Below are positions 60,937-64,000 of a stretch of DNA of 64,000 nt, piece after piece. Location of the stretch: the IMG/VR virus record IMGVR_UViG_3300028840_007129. One strand, written 5' to 3'. The stretch comes from an uncultured virus (IMG/VR IMGVR_UViG_3300028840_007129). Taxonomy: Duplodnaviria > Heunggongvirae > Uroviricota > Caudoviricetes. Made by a program: the position numbers and the translations under genes. The notes under the pieces were generated by a model, which was not told the DNA's origin, did not search any database, and saw only the letters and a list, made by a program, of their open reading frames with translations. Positions within the stretch are counted from its first letter, which is position 1. Each line of letters starts with the position of its first letter.

Positions 60937-61920
60937 GGATACTCCCTGTATAGCGAGTCAGCTACCTATGTTTAGATGATAGCTGTATATCCCCCCACTT
61001 TAAAGTTTTTTAGTCGTTATCTTCCTCAAGCCCTAACCATAGATAGTCCAAAGTGCCCTTATCTATAGGTTCGGTGGGATTATCTTCTTCCATCCGTAGA
61101 TCAAGGCCATCAACGGGCAATCCTGCCGAGGATGCCAATGCCGAGCTGCTTATATCTAGGGTATCAGAGAGCCCCTTTCTCTGATTTATAATTTCTAGAG
61201 CTAATTCTGGAGAGAAATCATAATCAGTATCCCAAAAGAAGACATCGAGTATAGATTCTAAGTTGAGTTCTTTTATTTTTTTGCGTTTATATCGAAGTAT
61301 CGGATCCCACGTTCCATCATTATAGAGACCACAATGAAGCCTTATTACTCTGTCTAAAAGTTGAAAGTGCCTGTCGGTTGGCATGTAGCATTTTGAGGAT
61401 TGATGCGCCTTAAGGAGTTTTTCAAATTCACGTAGCAAAAGCTCGGCTCCATTAAGTCCCCCGCCAAAAGCCCGAATAATTTGGTCCTCTAGAAAAAAGA
61501 TTTCTTCTGGTTCATCATCTTTTATACTTTCCTTGATAATCCAAGAGGCGCTTTTCAGAGCCTCAGTAAGAAACTTTGAAAATACTGCATCCGGCATACA
61601 TGCAAATCGAAGCATAAGCTTACTTTATTTTTATAGGCGTGATAGGTTCGACTAGAATTCCTGACTCGTGTATAGCGGCCGAATTCTCAAAGTGGTTGAT
61701 CAGCTCTTGAGACGTTGCTTTTTTCAGTCTTAAAGACAAATAGTCAAAACTCATTACAATAAGGAAGTGACAGTCATTATGTTGCATACAGGATTCGGGA
61801 TGACACCCATTACATTCGGGGGGGTTTGGAAGAGCTCTTCCTAGAATGTCTTCAAGAATACTTCTCAGAATTGTTGTTTCTTCTTCAATACCATCATTCA
61901 TGGTTCTACTTCTTTAAGAT

Positions 61921-61952
61921 AAAAAAGGGCCCGAAATAGGGGCCCTTTTTTT
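61921..61952. terminator. Bidirectional intrinsic terminator
   Basis: A-tract, GGGCCC stem, T-tract. Confidence 0.8.
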
Positions 61953-62422
61953 AGAGTCCGTCCTTTTTAAGCCCTATTCCATCTTCCGAACTTCAATCAT
62001 CCTCGGATTGGTGATCTCGATGATCTGGACTTTAACGTTCAATTGGTTGAGTATTTCTCTCACGTCATCCAGGAAAAGAATTGGTTCATCACCTTCCAGA
62101 ATGTTTTTAGTGTAGACAGTCACATAACTGGATCCTGAAACGATCTCGGAAGCGACCGATAAGGGCTCTGTTTTCAGAACGACAGGAACCTTGGATTGTA
62201 CCGAACTGGATGGTACAAGGTCCAAGTACTTGGCCCGGTAGTTATAGAACATGGTGTCGGAGATGCCGGGGTTCCTGGTGGCCTTTTTGTAATCTCCGTA
62301 GGTAGACCTCATTCCGTTCTCGGCCAAGAACTTGAAGACCTTCTTTCGTATGTGCATCTTCGGACTTTTGCGCTGTTTTTTAACAGCCATTTTTCCCCCT
62401 TTATGGTTTGAGGGATAAAGGT

Positions 62423-63208
62423 TTATAGAGGAAGTTTATCGATGAGCTTTTTCTGAGCGTCCAGAAGAGAAAGGGCCCCTTTTAGAACTTCGTTATAGGC
62501 TTTGGCTTTCTTAACGAACTTATCGAAGTCCTCCTGATATTGACCGGGGAGGAACTTGATTACTTCTCGGGCCCTATCCAGGTCGATAACGATGAAATCT
62601 GAAGACTCCTCGACCAAGCCCTCCGAGTTCAACTGCTCCAGTGTGTTGATGATGTTGATAGGCTGCCGTTTTACTTTTGGCTTAATGACCTTCAAGCCCA
62701 TTTGATTCATGGGTGATGTTCTGCCATGGATTGGTATGGAGGCTCTTCCTCGGACCTTTGAAACAGAGATACCGAATTCCGAAGAAGGACCAACATAAAC
62801 GTACTTTCCTTCTACCTGGTCGATTCGATATCCCTTTCCGCGTACATCACTTATAGCGGCACACATCGTACCCTTGGTACCATACTCCATAAGCTTCTGA
62901 AGTTCCTCAAAGGGTACTCCCTCCGGACGGCTATTGAGGAGGTCCAGGAGTTTCTTCTGCTTATCTCTTAGCCTTGAATCCTCCCGGCTGTTTGCTGTGG
63001 CAGATTTAGCACCATTACCAGGTATTGGACCTTCAAGGGTATAAAGGCCGTTTATCATCCTTATAGGCCACCCACGATGCCGCCGTAACCTGGAGATGTT
63101 GCTGTAGACAGCCGACCTCGATAACATGACGGTTTTAGCAAGGTCATCGAGGGAAATACCATTCGGGTACTGTTTCAGAACATTCATTACCTGCTCTGTT
63201 ACTGACAT
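62423..63208 (-). CDS. Tandem winged-HTH DNA-binding protein
   Basis: Two wHTH-like repeats (GISLDDLA...SAVYSNISRLR; GVPFEELQ...AAISDVR). Confidence 0.7.
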   Translation of the reverse strand: MSVTEQVMNVLKQYPNGISLDDLAKTVMLSRSAVYSNISRLRRHRGWPIRMINGLYTLEGPIPGNGAKSATANSREDSRLRDKQKKLLDLLNSRPEGVPFEELQKLMEYGTKGTMCAAISDVRGKGYRIDQVEGKYVYVGPSSEFGISVSKVRGRASIPIHGRTSPMNQMGLKVIKPKVKRQPINIINTLEQLNSEGLVEESSDFIVIDLDRAREVIKFLPGQYQEDFDKFVKKAKAYNEVLKGALSLLDAQKKLIDKLPL

Positions 63209-63218
63209 CAGATGGCTC

Positions 63219-64000
63219 CTATGCCGATTTTATCGTTGCACCCCATTTACTACTTAAATTCTTTGCGAGTTCTGAAAGGTTCTTTTCCACTTTGGGCGGT
63301 GAAGTGGAAAGTTTTATAATCCGATCAGGACTAATCGGCTGAGGCGTGACCACTTCTACCGCAGTCTCTTCCGTTTCATCATCCTTTCTGGTATACCAGC
63401 CCATAAGACGGCAGTAGGAATCCTCAAGGAGTTTCTCGTACTGATCACGAGCCATTTCCTTGCACTCGTTGCGGATGATGGTATTGAGAGCAATGATGCG
63501 CTGATAGTTCTTCAACATCAGTTTCCCAATACTTCTCTTATCCTTTGAGAGGGTCATATAATCTGGATGGTCCGATGATACCTGAACCATGGTGCCCTCA
63601 ATTCGAGCCCGACGAATGTCCTGTTTACCGAAGGGCACTACGTCATAGCTGAAGCCGAACCCGTGTTTCTTTTTCCTCGGTTCGCTGTCACCGGTAGGGG
63701 TCGTATACTGTGGCTTACCTTCCGAGGTCGGGGTGCGCCCTATCGGTTTAGTGTATATTCGTCTGGCCCAAACATTACCGCAAGTTCCACAAACATACTT
63801 ATCTGAGTCTTCAAAAGCGTATATATGCCCGGCAACCGGCTTGCACCTTGGACATCTGGTAGGGGGCATGGTCAGACCACAGCTGGGGCACTTTGCCTGA
63901 TACCGTGCATCCACGGGGTCCAGGTTCGATGTAGACATGATATCTTTGAAGAGGTCTGGATTATCCTTGAAGAAGGCATCCATGTCCTTCTGCAGGTCAC
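63219..64000 (-). CDS. C-terminal part of a larger Zn-ribbon-containing protein running off the window
   Basis: Frame open to the window edge; three CxxC pairs; VSSDHPDY motif. Confidence 0.6.
   Translation of the reverse strand, partial: DLQKDMDAFFKDNPDLFKDIMSTSNLDPVDARYQAKCPSCGLTMPPTRCPRCKPVAGHIYAFEDSDKYVCGTCGNVWARRIYTKPIGRTPTSEGKPQYTTPTGDSEPRKKKHGFGFSYDVVPFGKQDIRRARIEGTMVQVSSDHPDYMTLSKDKRSIGKLMLKNYQRIIALNTIIRNECKEMARDQYEKLLEDSYCRLMGWYTRKDDETEETAVEVVTPQPISPDRIIKLSTSPPKVEKNLSELAKNLSSKWGATIKSA

Noticed and set aside
1..64000. Stop-codon reassignment as in some large phages
   Set aside because: Recognisable genes are full length in the standard code and TAG, TGA and TAA all end genes at expected places.

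Overview
The window looks like part of a large (jumbo-type) bacteriophage or phage-like element. Evidence: a tail-fibre-like gene end on + (1-1280), a strand switch near 3.8 kb, then about 60 kb of dense, mostly short, co-oriented minus-strand ORFs with sigma70-like promoters and no core bacterial operons. Two loci stand out. (1) 22.3-31.4 kb is a type I-E-derived CRISPR locus with two arrays, a probable cas8e-cas11 fusion, cas7 with an AT-hook tail, cas5 and cas6, but no cas1, cas2 or cas3. A SAM-methyltransferase-fold/SF2-helicase fusion gene is translationally coupled to cas6. A degenerate terminal mini-guide matches the cas promoter next to an AAG PAM, with mismatches only at positions 6 and 12. 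(2) 5.6-11.4 kb is an array of four Y-RNA-like ncRNAs (two enclose complete tRNAs, one a D-loop-permuted tRNA), followed by a ubiquitin-like protein, a Ro60/TROVE-vWA protein, an E2-like protein, JAB, an RlaP nucleotidyltransferase and E1/ThiF. Also present: an IS607-like element (tnpA, atypical tnpB), UvrD, NadD, an AAA+ ATPase, YhaM, patatin, a GluR0-like K+ channel, an Acb2/Tad1-like protein, a PspA module and several paralogous unknown families. All family calls come from motif recognition by eye; no database search was run.
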